Of a stretch of DNA of 64,000 bases, positions 25,807-38,659 are shown piece by piece. Each line of letters opens with the position of its first letter. The stretch's first letter is position 1. The stretch is from positions 2,480,001 to 2,544,000 of the forward strand of contig MU053758.1 of the NCBI GenBank assembly GCA_013239625.1, written 5' to 3'. Position numbers and translations under genes: made by a program. The notes below the pieces were generated by a model. The model was not told the DNA's origin. It made no database searches and was given only the letters and a program-made list of their open reading frames with translations. This DNA is from Lama guanicoe. Lineage: Eukaryota.

Positions 25807-28800
25807 CAGCCCAAGCAAGATCTCAGATTCTCTTCTGGAGACGCAGCTTTCCCGCTGAAACTAGCCCCTCCCCACATTTCCAGAAAGAGAGCTGGGAGGG
25901 GAGTCCTAACATCGAGGGGGCTGCCCCAAGTCTCTCCCTTGCTCAGTCTGATTGGGCCCCAGCATGAGTTTCCCGAAGTCTCTTTAAGACAGACGGTTCC
26001 GCGGGGGCAGTGAGGTACCCTCAAATTTGGAGGGCAGTAGGAGAGGGATTCTCGAGATTGCTAGAGCTCCGTCTCCTACTCAGGAATCCAGGGTCCTGCC
26101 CTCGGATGGGAAGGTGGGGATGAGGCAGGCCCCGGGGTCCCTCCTGGCTTCAGAAAGAAGTGGTCTTGGTAGGTTGGAGGGCTTGATGGTGGAGGGTCTG
26201 CAGCACAGCGGGGCCTGGGGAGTGTGTGTGCTGGGGGGCAGAGTGCTTTGTCTGTCTGAATAGGCAGGGAAAAGACCAGGTCTGGGTCTCCTTGGCACGT
26301 TAAGGATGGAGAATGCACCTGTCCGCCATTGTCAGGCCTTCCTACCCCACTGCCCCTCAGTGCCCCGCCTTGGTCTGCCGATCCTGGACTCTGCTCTCCC
26401 CTCTTCCCCCAATATCCTGCTGGGGGGGCCCCCTGTGAAGGCAAGCAGCCTGTAATAATTAACTCCACAGACACTCTAGCATTCTTCCGAAATTAAACTT
26501 TAAAAGAGCTGCCCCCCTCACTCCCATTGGGCGTTTTTACCCTAGTGAGGGTGTGGGCGGGGCCTCAGGGTCCTGGGCCCTCCCCCCAACTCAGGGTCAC
26601 CTAGGGGTTTCCCGCCTCCTCACCTGGGCCCTCACCCCATGAGCTCCCCCCAGGTAAAGCCTTCCCCACTGCAGTCAATCCCGATGGGGGCGGGGGGTGG
26701 GATCCTGGGCCAGGCGGAGGCCTTCCCGCCACCTCCGGGCCTCTGCTCTTCCAGCCCCTCCCCCGCCCCTGGGAGGCACCGAAGGTGGCCTTGTTTTCTA
26801 CCGGCCCTATACTCTGGGCCCTGCCTCCCGCCCAGGCCGGCCAGGTGGGGCCCGATTCAGGAAGTAAACAAGGAGGCAGGAGGCCGGGAGGGCGGGAAGG
26901 AGGGGTGGGGCAGGAGCCGCCCGGGCAGGAGAGGCTACTGGGGAAGCCGCAGCTAGGAGTCAGATTGATTTGAGGGGTCGCTTTCTTCAATATAACCTTC
27001 CCAGGGCCCCAGTTTGAAAGATTCAGGTCTCCTGGGGTGGAGGTGGGGGAGCTGCCCAGGCCCTACAGCTAGGACCGAGTAGGACCCTCATCTCTTTTGT
27101 CCTGACTGCCCCACTCCTGGCTTGCCCTTAGAAGGGTCTGGAGAACCGAGTGAAGGGATGTGAAGTCTAAACCTCTCTTGAGTCAGCCCTCCCACCCACA
27201 GAGGCCAGACTCTAATCCGATTTAAATCTCCCCTTCCTCTTCCAAACCTCTGATTCCTCCTCTCTCTGGGATGGAGGAGGACCCAGACCACCCCACTATT
27301 GGCTTCCAGCTTCCTGGAGGGGGTAGCCCCTGCAACCCCTCCCCTAGTTCTCCCTGGAATGAAGTCACGGGGCAGTTTGCCAGGGGTTAGACAGCGGCTG
27401 GGAGTGGGGCCTTGTGTTTGGGTGTTGATGCGCTGGTGACTGACTATTGATGTTCGATGGAAGGTGTGTCTTCCCCTTCCTGGCGGGACCCTGAGCCCCC
27501 TCCCTGGTTCTGCCACCTGGCCTTTCTCTGTCTGATCTATGTCTTGACTTTCCACTCCTGCTCCTGAGTACACCTCTGGCCAGGACACCCAGGAGGGTGA
27601 ATTAGGAGGACCGTCATCCCCCCGGGGTGATGTGGATAAATCCCCTGGACCAGCTGAGCCCTGGGTGTTAAGGCTGGAAGGAAAGTCTAGAGGGCCCCAG
27701 ACAGGAGAGGGAACACTGCATGTTTCTTGGGTTATTTTGCGTGAGCAAGTGAGGGGCATCCCTGAATGGTCAGCTCCACTCCAGATGGGCTTCTGAATCC
27801 AGGCCGGGCCTTTCTTCTCTCCTTCCTGGGTGAGGGGCCTCCTGGGCTGGGTGGTGACTACCAGACTGGGCCCCATTGCAGGTCCCACCTGGACTGCTGG
27901 AGTGGGAGGTAGGCCAAGGAGGCGGGGAGGAGGAGATGATGTCAGAGGAGCCTCCAGCCCACATCCTCCTCCTCGCCCATACTGGTCCCAGCCCTCCCCT
28001 ATTCCTCCCAGGCCGGTAGGTTGGGGGCAGGAGTAGAGGTGGGGTGGGTAGAAGCAGGGTTGTTTGTGTTTCTCCTAAGCCAGGAAGTTGTGCAGATGAG
28101 TCAAGGTTGAATGGAGAGCCCCAGGCAGTGCTGTCCCGCCCCACCCTGACTCACCTGTCCCCCAAATCTCCTAAAGCCCTCACTTAAGGGTCGGGGACCT
28201 GCCTCATCCTGGGGTGAGGGGGTCAATCCCAGGAGCCTTAGGCAACCAAACTGCACTGGCCCAGTGTCTGGAGAGCCGGCAGGAGGCTGAACAGAGTTCT
28301 CCTAGGGCCTCCCAGATTTCAGCTCAGCAAAAAGTGTCTTGGTTTCTGCGGAGGAGGGATACGCAAGGCCTCTGTCTTTGCCCCATCTCTTTTATCCTTA
28401 CTTGTCCTGGATGCCTGTGTAGCACCTATGTGTGATAAGACATGGGCCAGCCCTGGCCTTGCCTGGGATGTCCGGGTGTCTTCAGACCAGTGGGTGGATA
28501 AGACAGGTGCACAGTCATTGGCACAGGGGCCCCAGCCCAGTGCCGAGAGGGAGCCCTTCAGACTGACTATGGAAAATCCAGGAAGGCTTCTGAGAGGAAG
28601 TAGCTCTGGCATGGAGGCCTCAAGAAAGCTGGGCGGATGAAGGGCCTGGGGGAGGCACGCAAGTTTTAGGGGCTGCCAGAGGAAAGGCCCCCAGGCTAGC
28701 CCTCTCCCTCCCACCGCAGCTGAGCCTGCCTCCTGCCCTCCTGTTTCCTGTCCTTCCCCACCTCCTTCTCCCCTTCTGGGCGTCTCTCAGCACTTGGGCA

Positions 28801-29332
28801 AGCACTTGGGCAGGCGTTGCCACAACAGGCGCTGGCAACCAGGTCTGGCAATGAAACGCTGGAAAAACCCGGGGCAGAGCCCAGGAGTGAGTCCCCAAGG
28901 CTCGGAAATGGAGGGGTGACACTGAGCCCCAAGCCCCAGACCTGCTGGGGGTCGTGGAGTCTGTTGCTGCTGCCTGGCTTGGGACCCTCATAGCACTTCT
29001 CCTCGGCAACTTGAGGCTCAGAAAGAGGCTAAGGCTAAGTTTGGATCTGGAGTCCAAACACCAGGTCCCACTCCCTGGCTCACCTCTGATGGGATGAGAA
29101 TGCTTCTTTCTCAGGGGCTCAGGGCCCCTTTTTGTAAAAAGCGCTCACGCTACCCTTCCCCAGAGGCAGCAGGGAACTCCAGGTAGAGGGGGAGCAATGA
29201 GGTTCTGTGTAAACTCTGAGGGGCATCTTGATAGCAAGATGAAGTCAGGAGGTCCTGGTCTTCTTGGCCCCTCTCCCCAGGACAAGGGCACAAGAGCAGC
29301 TGTGTCCCCCACCGTCTTCTCCCTCAGATGTC

Positions 29333-30737
29333 ATGGAGCTGGGTCTGTCTCCACCTCATCTCAGCAGCTCCCCGGAAGACCTGTACCTGGCCCCTGGGAC
29401 CCCTCCTGGGACTCCCCCGCCTCCCGATGTCCCCCTGTCTGGGGAGGTGAAAAGGTCCCAGCCTCTGCCCATTCCGACCGGCAGGTAAAATGGGGTGATG
29501 GCTGAGGAAGGCTGCGGGGAGCTGTCAGCACTGGGTGACACACAGAGTCTTTTAGTCAACTCCTCCCCTCTCCCCTCCACCCCCAGGAAACCTCTTCGTG
29601 AGGAGGAGCTGCGGTCAACCTCCCTACCCTCCATCCCCAACCCCTTTCCTGAGCTCTGCAGTCCTCCTTCACAGACCCCCATTCTTGGGGGGCCCTCCTG
29701 TGCAAGGGGGCTGCTCCCTAGAGACACCAGCTGTCCTCACGTGAGTTGTCCTGGGAAAGGGAAAGCAGGGAGCATGAGGTGCTGTGGGAATGGGGTGGAC
29801 ACAGTGCCACTTTGGAGGAGGTGGGGGGTTTGGACCTCAGGGGTCCCTGAGGGTAGAGCACGTGGGGGAGGGGAAAGAACCACCCTTTGCCCTTCCTCGA
29901 GTCATCTGCCGCTCCTGGGGTGCAGGTCATAAAGGTGTACAGCGAAGATGGGGCATGCCGGTCAGTGGAGGTGGCGGCAGGAGCCACGGCTCGCTACGTG
30001 TGCGATATGCTGGTGCAGCGATCTCACTCCCTGAGTGATGAGAACTGGGGGCTGGTGGAGTGCCACCCCCATCTAGCACTGGGTGAGCTGGGGTGCAGGG
30101 GCGCTGCCTGGACCAGGAGGCAATACTTCACATCTTGGGCTAGGCAGGTGGCTCATCCTGGAGGCCTGGCTGTTCTCCATTGACCCCTATTTCTTGCCCT
30201 CGATCCCAGAGCGGGGCTTGGAGGACCATGAGTCGGTGGTGGAGGTGCAGGCTGCCTGGCCCATTGGAGGAGACAGCCGCTTCGTCTTCCGGAAAAACTT
30301 CGCCAAGTATGAGCTATTCAAGAGCACCCCGGTGAGTATGTGCTATGGGGGGGGGGGGGCTGGGCGCTGGGACACCTGATCCCCTTCCTGGATCCTCAGC
30401 CCCTGACTCCTGACTCCTTTTCCCTTCAGCACTCCCTGTTCCCAGAAAAGATGGTCTCCAGCTGTCTGGACACACACACGGGCATATCCCACGAAGACCT
30501 CATCCAGGTGAGGGGACATCCCATTTCATGGTATATCAATGGTTCCCCAGGATTGCTCATTGTTTCTTGGCCCTTAAGCCTGTGCCTTTCGTCTGTGGGC
30601 TGGAACACCCAGCACAGCTCTAAGTGACTGTGAACAAGTCACTTTTCCTGCCTGAGCATCAGTTTCTTTGTCTGTTAAATGGAGACAATAAATGCACACG
30701 GAGCACCTCCTGCCGTAAAGGCAGGCCCTGGGAAGGC

Positions 30738-30773
<36 letters not shown>

Positions 30774-33328
30774 TTCAGGGGCACCTGCAGGCCTCTCACC
30801 CTGTTCCCCTCTGGCCTCAGAACTTCCTGAATGCAGGCAGCTTCCCAGAGATCCAGGGCTTCCTGCAGCTGCGGGGATCAGGACGCAAGCTTTGGAAACG
30901 GTTCTTCTGCTTCCTCCGCCGATCTGGCCTGTATTACTCCACCAAGGGCACCTCCAAGGTGAGGTCTTGAGGGTGACGGCCCCAGCCCCTCAGATACCCC
31001 ATCCCGTTCCTTCTAGGAGCTGCCCCTTCCCTGTTACAACTCTTGGTCCTTTCACGCCCTAGGCTCTGAACCCCTCAGCTGCTCCTCTTTCCCTCCCAAC
31101 TTACCGGCCCCCGGAGGTAGCAGTGGGAGAGGCAGGTGAACTGAGTTCAAGTCCTGGCTCTACTTGTATTTGCTATGTGACCTGGGGTACTTCTCTGCCC
31201 TCTCTGGGACTGAACTCTCCTCAGCTGGCTTAGTGGGGTGGTAATAAGGGGGCAGGGTCTGTCTGTACTAAGTCCTGCTCACTCATGCTGTGCAGGACCC
31301 GCGGCACCTGCAGTATGTAGCAGATGTGAACGAATCCAACGTGTATGTGGTGACTCAGGGCCGCAAGCTCTATGGGATGCCCACGGACTTTGGCTTCTGC
31401 ATCAAGGTGAAGACCCTGGCCTAGCCTGGCCTGTCCTGGGAGAGAGCGGGAGCTACTCAGGCCCCAGGATCCTTCCTGGAGCTTCTGAGCTCCCTCTGGG
31501 ACCCCCAGACTCCTCTTCCTGCACCCTGCCCAGCCCCACAGAGGCGGGAGATGGAAGACAACATCTGGTCCTAAGGCAGATATGAGACCAGCCAGTTTCC
31601 TCTCCTCACAGCCAAATAAGCTTCGAAATGGCCACAAGGGGCTTCGCATCTTCTGCAGTGAGGATGAGCAGAGCCGCACCTGCTGGTTGGCTGCCTTCCG
31701 CCTCTTCAAGGTGAGGTCCTGGCACTGACATGGGAGAGCTGGCCATGCCCTTGGGATGCCTGGCATGAGGGAGGAGTTGTGGCTCTGCCCTCAGGAAGTC
31801 TCCAGAATGAGGGGGCATCACAGCCTTGCTCTCTTGGAATCCTAGGTCCAAAGCTGGAGTCACAGCTTTGGCTTCAGGAAGTCCCTTATCTAGGGGCAGA
31901 GATGTAGCCTTGCTCTTGTTCTGGTCGGGAATGGGGGTGGGGGTGTCACAGCCCAGCCCCCAGTACCTGTTTGACCTCCAGCTCTCTTTCTCTCAGTACG
32001 GGGTGCAGCTGTATAAGAATTATCAGCAGGCACAGTGCCGCCACCTGCGCCCACCCTGCGTGGGCTCCCCGCCCTTGGTGAGTGTGCACAGGGGTGTTAG
32101 CTGGGGGCAGGCACCCAGGCCCCGAGCCAGGGGTACTTGGGTCCTGTTCTGACCCCTCCCCTCCCCATCCTATCCCGCCTGCAGAGGAGCGTCTCAGACA
32201 ACACCCTGGTGGCCATGGACTTCTCCGGCCACGCCGGGCGTGTCATCGAGAACCCCCGGGAGGCTCTGAGCGCAGCCCTGGAGGAGGCCCAGGCCTGGAG
32301 GGTGAGGGGTCTGCGTTCATCTGCATGTTTGTCCTGTGGGGTTTCCATGGCACGGGAAGAAGAAAGACAGGGATGAGGGGAGGCCCCTGGCTGCAGAAAG
32401 AGGGTCAGTATTCTTGAGGGACTGGTATTACCCCAGCCACCCCCTGACCTCTTGTGTCCCCCACTGCTCTGCAGAAGAAGACGAACCACCGTCTCAGCCT
32501 GCCCACCCCAAGCTCAGGCACGAGCCTCAGTGCAGGTGGGTGAGAGTCCTGCACTGGGTCCCCAGGGGTGGGGGCTGCTGTGGCTTCCCTGAGCACTCCC
32601 GGCGGGGGTGGTTAATATGAGGGTCGCCAGCCCCGTGTGACCGCCCATCTGCCTCCCCTCACCCCAGCCATCCACCGCACCCAACCCTGGTTTCATGGAC
32701 GCATTTCCCGAGAGGAGAGCCAGCGGCTCATCAGGCAGCAGGGCCTGGTAGACGGGTAAGGGGCAGGGCTGGGCAGGGCGACAGAGCCAGGGATAAGAGA
32801 GACCTGGGTCAAGGCGGCAGCTGTGTGTCCTTAAGTGATGCGGCCCTGTCTCCTGGCAGCCTCTTCCTGGTCCGAGAGAGTCAGCGGAACCCACAGGGCT
32901 TTGTCCTCTCTTTGTGCCACATGCAGAAAGTCAAACATTACCTCATCCTGCCGGTGAGTAGTCCCAGGTTCCTGCCATGGAGACCCAGGGCTCCCAGCAA
33001 CCCATCCTCATGAGGCCCCCTCAAGAAGCATCCCCTCGACCCCGGCCCCCGGTGTGTCTGGGGTCTCCTGCTCTTTCCTTTCTCCCGCACAAGCAATGGG
33101 GACCTCAGCCCTGGCCCTGGAGGGAGCCCCTCGCGCCTCGCGCCCCTCCCTGACCTTCCACCTGCTATGGCCACATCCCAGAGCGAGGAGGAGGGTCGCC
33201 TTTACTTCAGCATGGACGAGGGCCAGACCCGCTTCACCGACCTGCTGCAGCTCGTGGAATTCCACCAGCTGAACCGCGGCATCCTGCCGTGCCTGCTGCG
33301 CCACTGCTGCACCCGCGTGGCCCTCTGA
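29333..33328 (+). CDS. GRB7: Growth factor receptor-bound protein 7 (Pro-rich, RA, PH, BPS, SH2), 532 aa
   Basis: Exons 29333-29484, 29587-29740, 29926-30082, 30210-30331, 30430-30507, 30821-30958, 31296-31406, 31612-31710, 31997-32077, 32185-32301, 32475-32535, 32668-32755, 32860-32953, 33182-33328; sum 1599 nt, all GT-AG. Motifs [18 protein letters not shown]-like, [16 protein letters not shown], ends CCTRVAL*. Confidence 0.99.
30741..30771. repeat. (TG)15 microsatellite in GRB7 intron 6
   Basis: Uninterrupted TG run ending ~50 nt before the exon 7 acceptor. Confidence 0.95.
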
Positions 33329-33692
33329 CCGGCACACAGCGGCCTGCGCCTCAGCCCCCTCCAGGCGGCCCGCCGCCCCCTCGGCTCGCAGGCTGGACTC
33401 CGACGGCGCTGAAGGTGGGGACACGATCATTGTGAAGGACCGGGGGCTCCCCGACTCCGGTTTTCTCCCCTGCTCCTTTGCCTCCCTCAGGCAGAAAGTG
33501 CTCCCCGCCCAGGCCACCCTTAACTTCTGAAGGGAAGGCCCTTGGGTGGCCCCCTCCCCTTCACGGAGCTCCTGGGCACTGCTCTGGGGCGGGGCATTAT
33601 GGGAGAAATGGGGGCAGCCCAGGCGGTCTTTACGCCCCACACTTCGTACAGACTGCAAGGCCAGTTGACCTTCTCTGTTTTATACTAGTGAC

Positions 33693-33698
33693 AATAAA
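33693..33698 (+). terminator. GRB7: GRB7 polyadenylation signal AATAAA
   Basis: Canonical hexamer ~365 nt after the stop, followed by T/GT-rich sequence. Confidence 0.85.
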
Positions 33699-34819
33699 GA
33701 TTATTTTTTGGTACACTTGTGAGTTCTGTCTGGCAAGACCTGGCTGGCTGGAGTAGAAATGGGGAGGCCTCGAGAATGTGTCAGAGTGATTGAGGGTACA
33801 CACCAGTCAGCCTGGATGTTTCTTGAGGTGCCGTAGGTCATCTGAGAGTCTCCAGTGCCCAGCATGGAACTGGGTGTCCAAGAATTGCTTCTTGAATGAG
33901 TGAATGGACAAGGGATTGTCATCCAGGTGAGATTTTCTGGCAGGACCTCAAGTTATGGGGACCCCTCTAACAGGGCCTGGGAGTTGGAAATGGGTCAGAC
34001 AGCATCCGTAGCCTCGGCAAGTCCTGGGCTGCCTGGTGGGATAATGAGACAAACACAGTTATGTGTCCTCCAGCACCAGCAAGTCACATAATGGCTTTGT
34101 TACCTTACCTCCTGCAGGTCCCTGTGCAGCGCGCCTGCCTCAACCCCTCTCCCTCCTCCCCAACCCCAGATCTGCCTTCTGTCTTTACCGTCATTTCTAC
34201 CCCCTCCAGAAAGCCATTATGGGATCCCACAGCATTCAGCCTTCTGAGCCTGGCTTTTCTTCCCAGTCTGGCCTTCAACATCCAGAGGGATCTTTCCAAA
34301 ATATCAATCTGCCTGCTCTCCCAGACCTTCACTTAAGTGCAGATAGACCCTGCTGGTTCTGGCCTCTGCCCACCGCCCATATCAGTCTGTTTATATCTAG
34401 GAGTTTTATGGTTTTAGCTCTTAGATGATGGGGGAGCTTTATAAGAAAGGTATTGGATTGGCAACACCTGAACCTGCTGCTCAACCTTCAAATCACAGAG
34501 GCTCCCCCTCCAGACACGTGAATCCCATGAGGCATTATTTTTGTCACGAATTGAAACCCCCTGGACTCAAGTATTAGTTTGTTGGAAATATCAGGAACAG
34601 AGGAACATGGGATGCAATACACATGGGGATACAATTACCAAAATCCAGAATGGGAAACTATAGAACAGATAACCCAGTTTCTTCAACAACAACAAAAATT
34701 TCAAGAAAAAAGATGGCTATTCTCTCGATTTCAAGACATTTAGACATGTATCAGCCAGATATAACATGTTGACCTATTTGATTCAAATCCAAACTAATGA
34801 ACTATAAAAAAATTCATGA

Positions 34820-35112
34820 GTTAGGCATAGGACACAAACTTGTGGTTGCCAAGGGGAGAGGGGGATGGGAAGGGACAAACTGGGAGTTCAAAATTTGTAG
34901 ATTCTGACAGGTATATATAGAATAGATAAACAAGATTATACTGTATAGCACAGAGAAATATATACAAGATCTTGTGGTAGCTCACGGTGAAAAAGAATGT
35001 GACAATGAATATATGTATGTTCATGTACAACTGAAAAATTGTGCTCTATGCTGGAAACTGACATGACATTGTAAACTATAACTGTGACTATAACTCAGTA
35101 AAATAGAATTTT
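34820..35112 (+). mobile_element. 5'-truncated younger L1 3' end inserted in an older L1 (~34540-35690)
   Basis: ACAAACTTGTGGTTGCCAAGGGG...ATACTGTATAGCACAG...; TSD AAAAAAATTCATGA at 34806-34819 and 35113-35126. Confidence 0.85.
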
Positions 35113-35246
35113 AAAAAAATTCATGAATGATGAGGGAAATCTGAACTCTGATGAGATATTCAATAATATGACGGAATTAAGGTCAATTTAAATTTTAAGG
35201 GGCGATAGTAGTGTGGTTATGGCTTTTTAAAAAAGTCTTTACTTTT

Positions 35247-35447
35247 CGGGGGAGGCTATAGTTCAGTGGTAGAGTGTGTGCGTAGCATGCACAAGGTCCT
35301 GGGTTCAATCCTCAGGACCTTTGTTAATAAATTAAAAAAAAAAAACCTTAACCTAATTAACTTCCCCTCATAAAAAGTTTAAAAAATAAAATAAAAATTA
35401 AAAAAATTACCTCCCCTCCCCCCCAAAAACCCCCCCAAAACAAATTC
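35247..35447 (+). mobile_element. tRNA-derived SINE (Vic-1-like) with duplicated tail
   Basis: Perfect 17-bp TSD AAAAAGTCTTTACTTTT at 35230-35246 and 35448-35464. Confidence 0.9.
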
Positions 35448-36463
35448 AAAAAGTCTTTACTTTTTAGAGATTCATTCTGAAGAATTTATGGGTAAAATGA
35501 TGTCTCAGCTTTGCTTTTAAAATAACCCCCCCCCAAAAATAAAATAACCCAGAGGTGAGGGGGAGTGTGAGTATAGTCATGGGTTGACCGTGACTTGATG
35601 TTTGAAGCTGGGTAATGGGTTCATGAGGATTCATTACACTACTCTCCAATTTTGTATAAGCTTGAAAATTCTATAATAAAAATTTAAAAAATGTAATGGA
35701 GACTATCTCCCCAAATCTTTGAGATTGGTTGGACATGAGGTGCTGGGATTTGGTTTTGTGGGCAAGGAAATGGGTGAGTCAGTGGGAAGACCGGCCCCAA
35801 TCAGTGGGAGAGCCAGGATTTCAACCCAGGTCTGTGCTGTTTGGCGACCCCTGCCTGGCTGACTTCCAGGCAGAATTCCTAAGTGGCCTGTAGGGGGTCG
35901 TCCCCTGGAGAGCCCACCCCTTCTCTGCGGCCCTGGTCTCTGGCTGGGGGCAAAGTGGGGAGGTAGTGGCTCTGAGATGACCTTGAGAAGGACCAGCCAC
36001 CATAGCCAGCCCTTGGGCCAGGTTTGGCAGCCCAGGCAGCCACTCGGGTCCGAGGCACCCCCATCCTTGGCTAATCCCAGGCTGGAGAGCCAGGTCTGTC
36101 AGACAGAGGTGGGCAGAAAGGCCTCCTCCATTCTCAACCTGAAACTTACTGGGAATTTTCCCGGAAGGATTTACTGCAGCCCAGGCATGAGAGAGGTGCA
36201 GATTTTGTTTCTTTTTAGCAGGACCTGGGGAGGCAGGGACAGGGTAGCCAACTGCCTGCTACCTGCCACCACCTGCCACAGTTCTCAGAGCCATCCCATC
36301 AATGGCTGTTCCTTGGGCCCAAGCTGGCTGGTGCTGGCTGTGTGGCTGGCCACGGATGCCCAGGGCCACTTCCGAAGCATGGATCCTGGGGGTCCAGGCT
36401 GGGTTGAGAGTACAGGGGTCAGAATGAATCACCTCTTAAGCATATCCAGGGATTTAGGCTGCC

Positions 36464-36502
36464 CACACACACACACCCACACACCCACACACCCACACAC
36501 AC
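36464..36502. repeat. Imperfect (CA)n repeat
   Basis: CACACACACACACCCACACACCCACACACCCACACACAC. Confidence 0.85.
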
Positions 36503-37889
36503 TCAAACCCAGGACACAGTGTCCCCTCACTGCCTGAGGCACCGGGCAGGGGACCAAACTTTTCTATGTCAGTCAGCTAACTGGAGTATGTGAGACAGAT
36601 ACCATTCCCATTTTATAAGTGGCAAATTGAGGTTCAAAGAGTTCCCCACTGAGGTCTGACATGGAGTTAGGAACACAAGTCAGACTCAGCCCATCTTGTC
36701 CTCACCCTTCTCAGTGCTGGCCACTATGAGGGACCTGGGGGCCTTTAGAGGTAGCAGCTGGCTCAGCCCTGAGCAGAGTAGCGAGTACTGGAAATCGGCA
36801 GCTAGACTTCCTCAGCTTTGAGGATGCAATGTGACCCACAGAGGCCAGACAGCAGAAGGGACTGCCAAGGATAGCTACTGCTGGCTAGTGGAGGCTTGTG
36901 GTTATGAGGAAATCTGGACTGGTGGGAGGGAGGCAGGGGCATTGTGGAGGAGGTAGAGGCTGGTGTCTCAGATCATGTCTTTTCAATATTAAGTTCTTGG
37001 GTTTGATTATAAAAAAATACATGTGCATATTAAAGAACATTTCAGAAATCAGGAAAAGAAAGACTTTGGGGGAAAAAAGGGAAATTCCTCATAATCTCCC
37101 CTTGCTAAGGAGAACCCAGGCATCAAGAGAGGATGATACAGGGCCCACATGCAGGGGCCAGGCCCTCAGTGGCCTGCAGCGCACCAGGAACACCAGTTCC
37201 TGGGGCTAGGTTGGCCCTGTGAGTCTGGTGCTGGGGTACAGAGCTGTTCTTGGCAGCACCATAGGCCTGTATGAGGGTATGGCCACAGGGTTGGCCTCCC
37301 TGCCTGCTCAGGTATGGAGGGCAGGGAGGGCTGGTGCCAACTTTCTGGACTCTGGGAACGGGTGGGTATGATTCTAGGGAAGCCCACCTCTCCTAGGATG
37401 CCCTGGGAGCGGCATCAAGACAGAAAAAGCTCTGGCCAGTTCATGCTCTCCCTGCTCCCTAGACATCCTGGTCAATGAAATCTATGCAGCCTCCAAGTTC
37501 ACTGGTGGAAGGCTTCCTGGTGCAGGCCTGAGGTTTCAACATCGGGTCAGTGACCCTGCCTGGCTCCTTCCTCTTGCTCCCGTGCCAGGCACACGGAGGA
37601 GGGAGGGAGGGAAGGAGAGAGGCTGGGGAGCACAAGGGCACTCAGAAGGGTTCTTTCTTCTGAACTGTCTACATGAGCAGTTTTCTAATGGTTTCCTGGA
37701 GTCCAAGGGTTCCAGCAGGGGTTGGGTGACAGGTTGGGGGTGGGGGTTGGGGAGAACTACTACCTTCATATCTGAGAGTTCAGCTTCATGGTATATTTGG
37801 AAAAAAGGCTTCTACTACTGAACCATTGATTTAGTCCAGCAGGCAGAAAAGGGGGCCCGGAGATGTCAGGGGATGGTCCACCTTGCACA

Positions 37890-37926
37890 GTGGCAGGGTC
37901 TGTGGCAGGGTCTGTGGCAGAGTCTG
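37890..37926. repeat. 12-bp unit x3 (GTGGCAGGGTCT)
   Basis: Two exact copies and one with a single mismatch. Confidence 0.9.
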
Positions 37927-38659
37927 TTTTCCTGTCCTGTTGGTTCCTGGGGACTGAGGCTGGTCCCCAGGCTCCCCTCCCCCATGATCTCCATACCGGA
38001 AGGGGTGTTGGGAAGTTGGGGTACCATTTGGGCTGAGAAGGGTTGTGCTGTACCAGGCTAGAGAAGCCTGAAATTCAATTCCACATGGTTAAGCTATGAT
38101 GGCCTCTAGCGTCCTGTTGCAGGGCTGCAGCTGCCCCCAGGAAGGAGCGGATTTTTCTTTGCTTTGCTGGAGGATTGTTTAGCCAGACCTCACGGTACCT
38201 GTTTTCATGGTAAGCAGTTTGTTTTTACTTGGGTTGGGTTTCTCTTGTGGTAGTTTTGGGGAGTCTGAGGGAGAGTGGGAGGCCAATGCCACACTCTTTT
38301 AGGGTCACCACATGGATCCCTCTAGGGTCTCTGTAATGGAGCTGGGCCCTGTGACCTTGGAGTTAGAGGGGACGCTGTACATAGGTACAGAATGGGCCTC
38401 GTGCACCCCAAAGACCCACAGCCAATGGACATGTTCCTCTGCATCTACCTGCCCCACCTTCATCCTGAGTTAGATCCACTACAAGGTAGAAGGTGGAATT
38501 ACTAGCAGGCACTACCCCCAATTTTCCAAAACATTCCAGGGTGTCTCCTTTCTTCCAGCCTTGGCCTACCCACAGCCCTCTTACACCCATCAATCTGATA
38601 CAGGTTCCCACATTTTGGACCCCTTCCCCCAAACTGAGTGTGTGTGTATGTGTGTGAGA

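Noticed and set aside
27088..27888. 266-aa minus-strand ORF in GRB7 intron 1
   Set aside because: Pro/Gly/Arg-rich, no recognisable domain, and the listed start is not an ATG; expected by chance in GC-rich DNA.
33008..33658. 216-aa minus-strand ORF
   Set aside because: Antisense to the GC-rich GRB7 last exon and 3' UTR; no domain.
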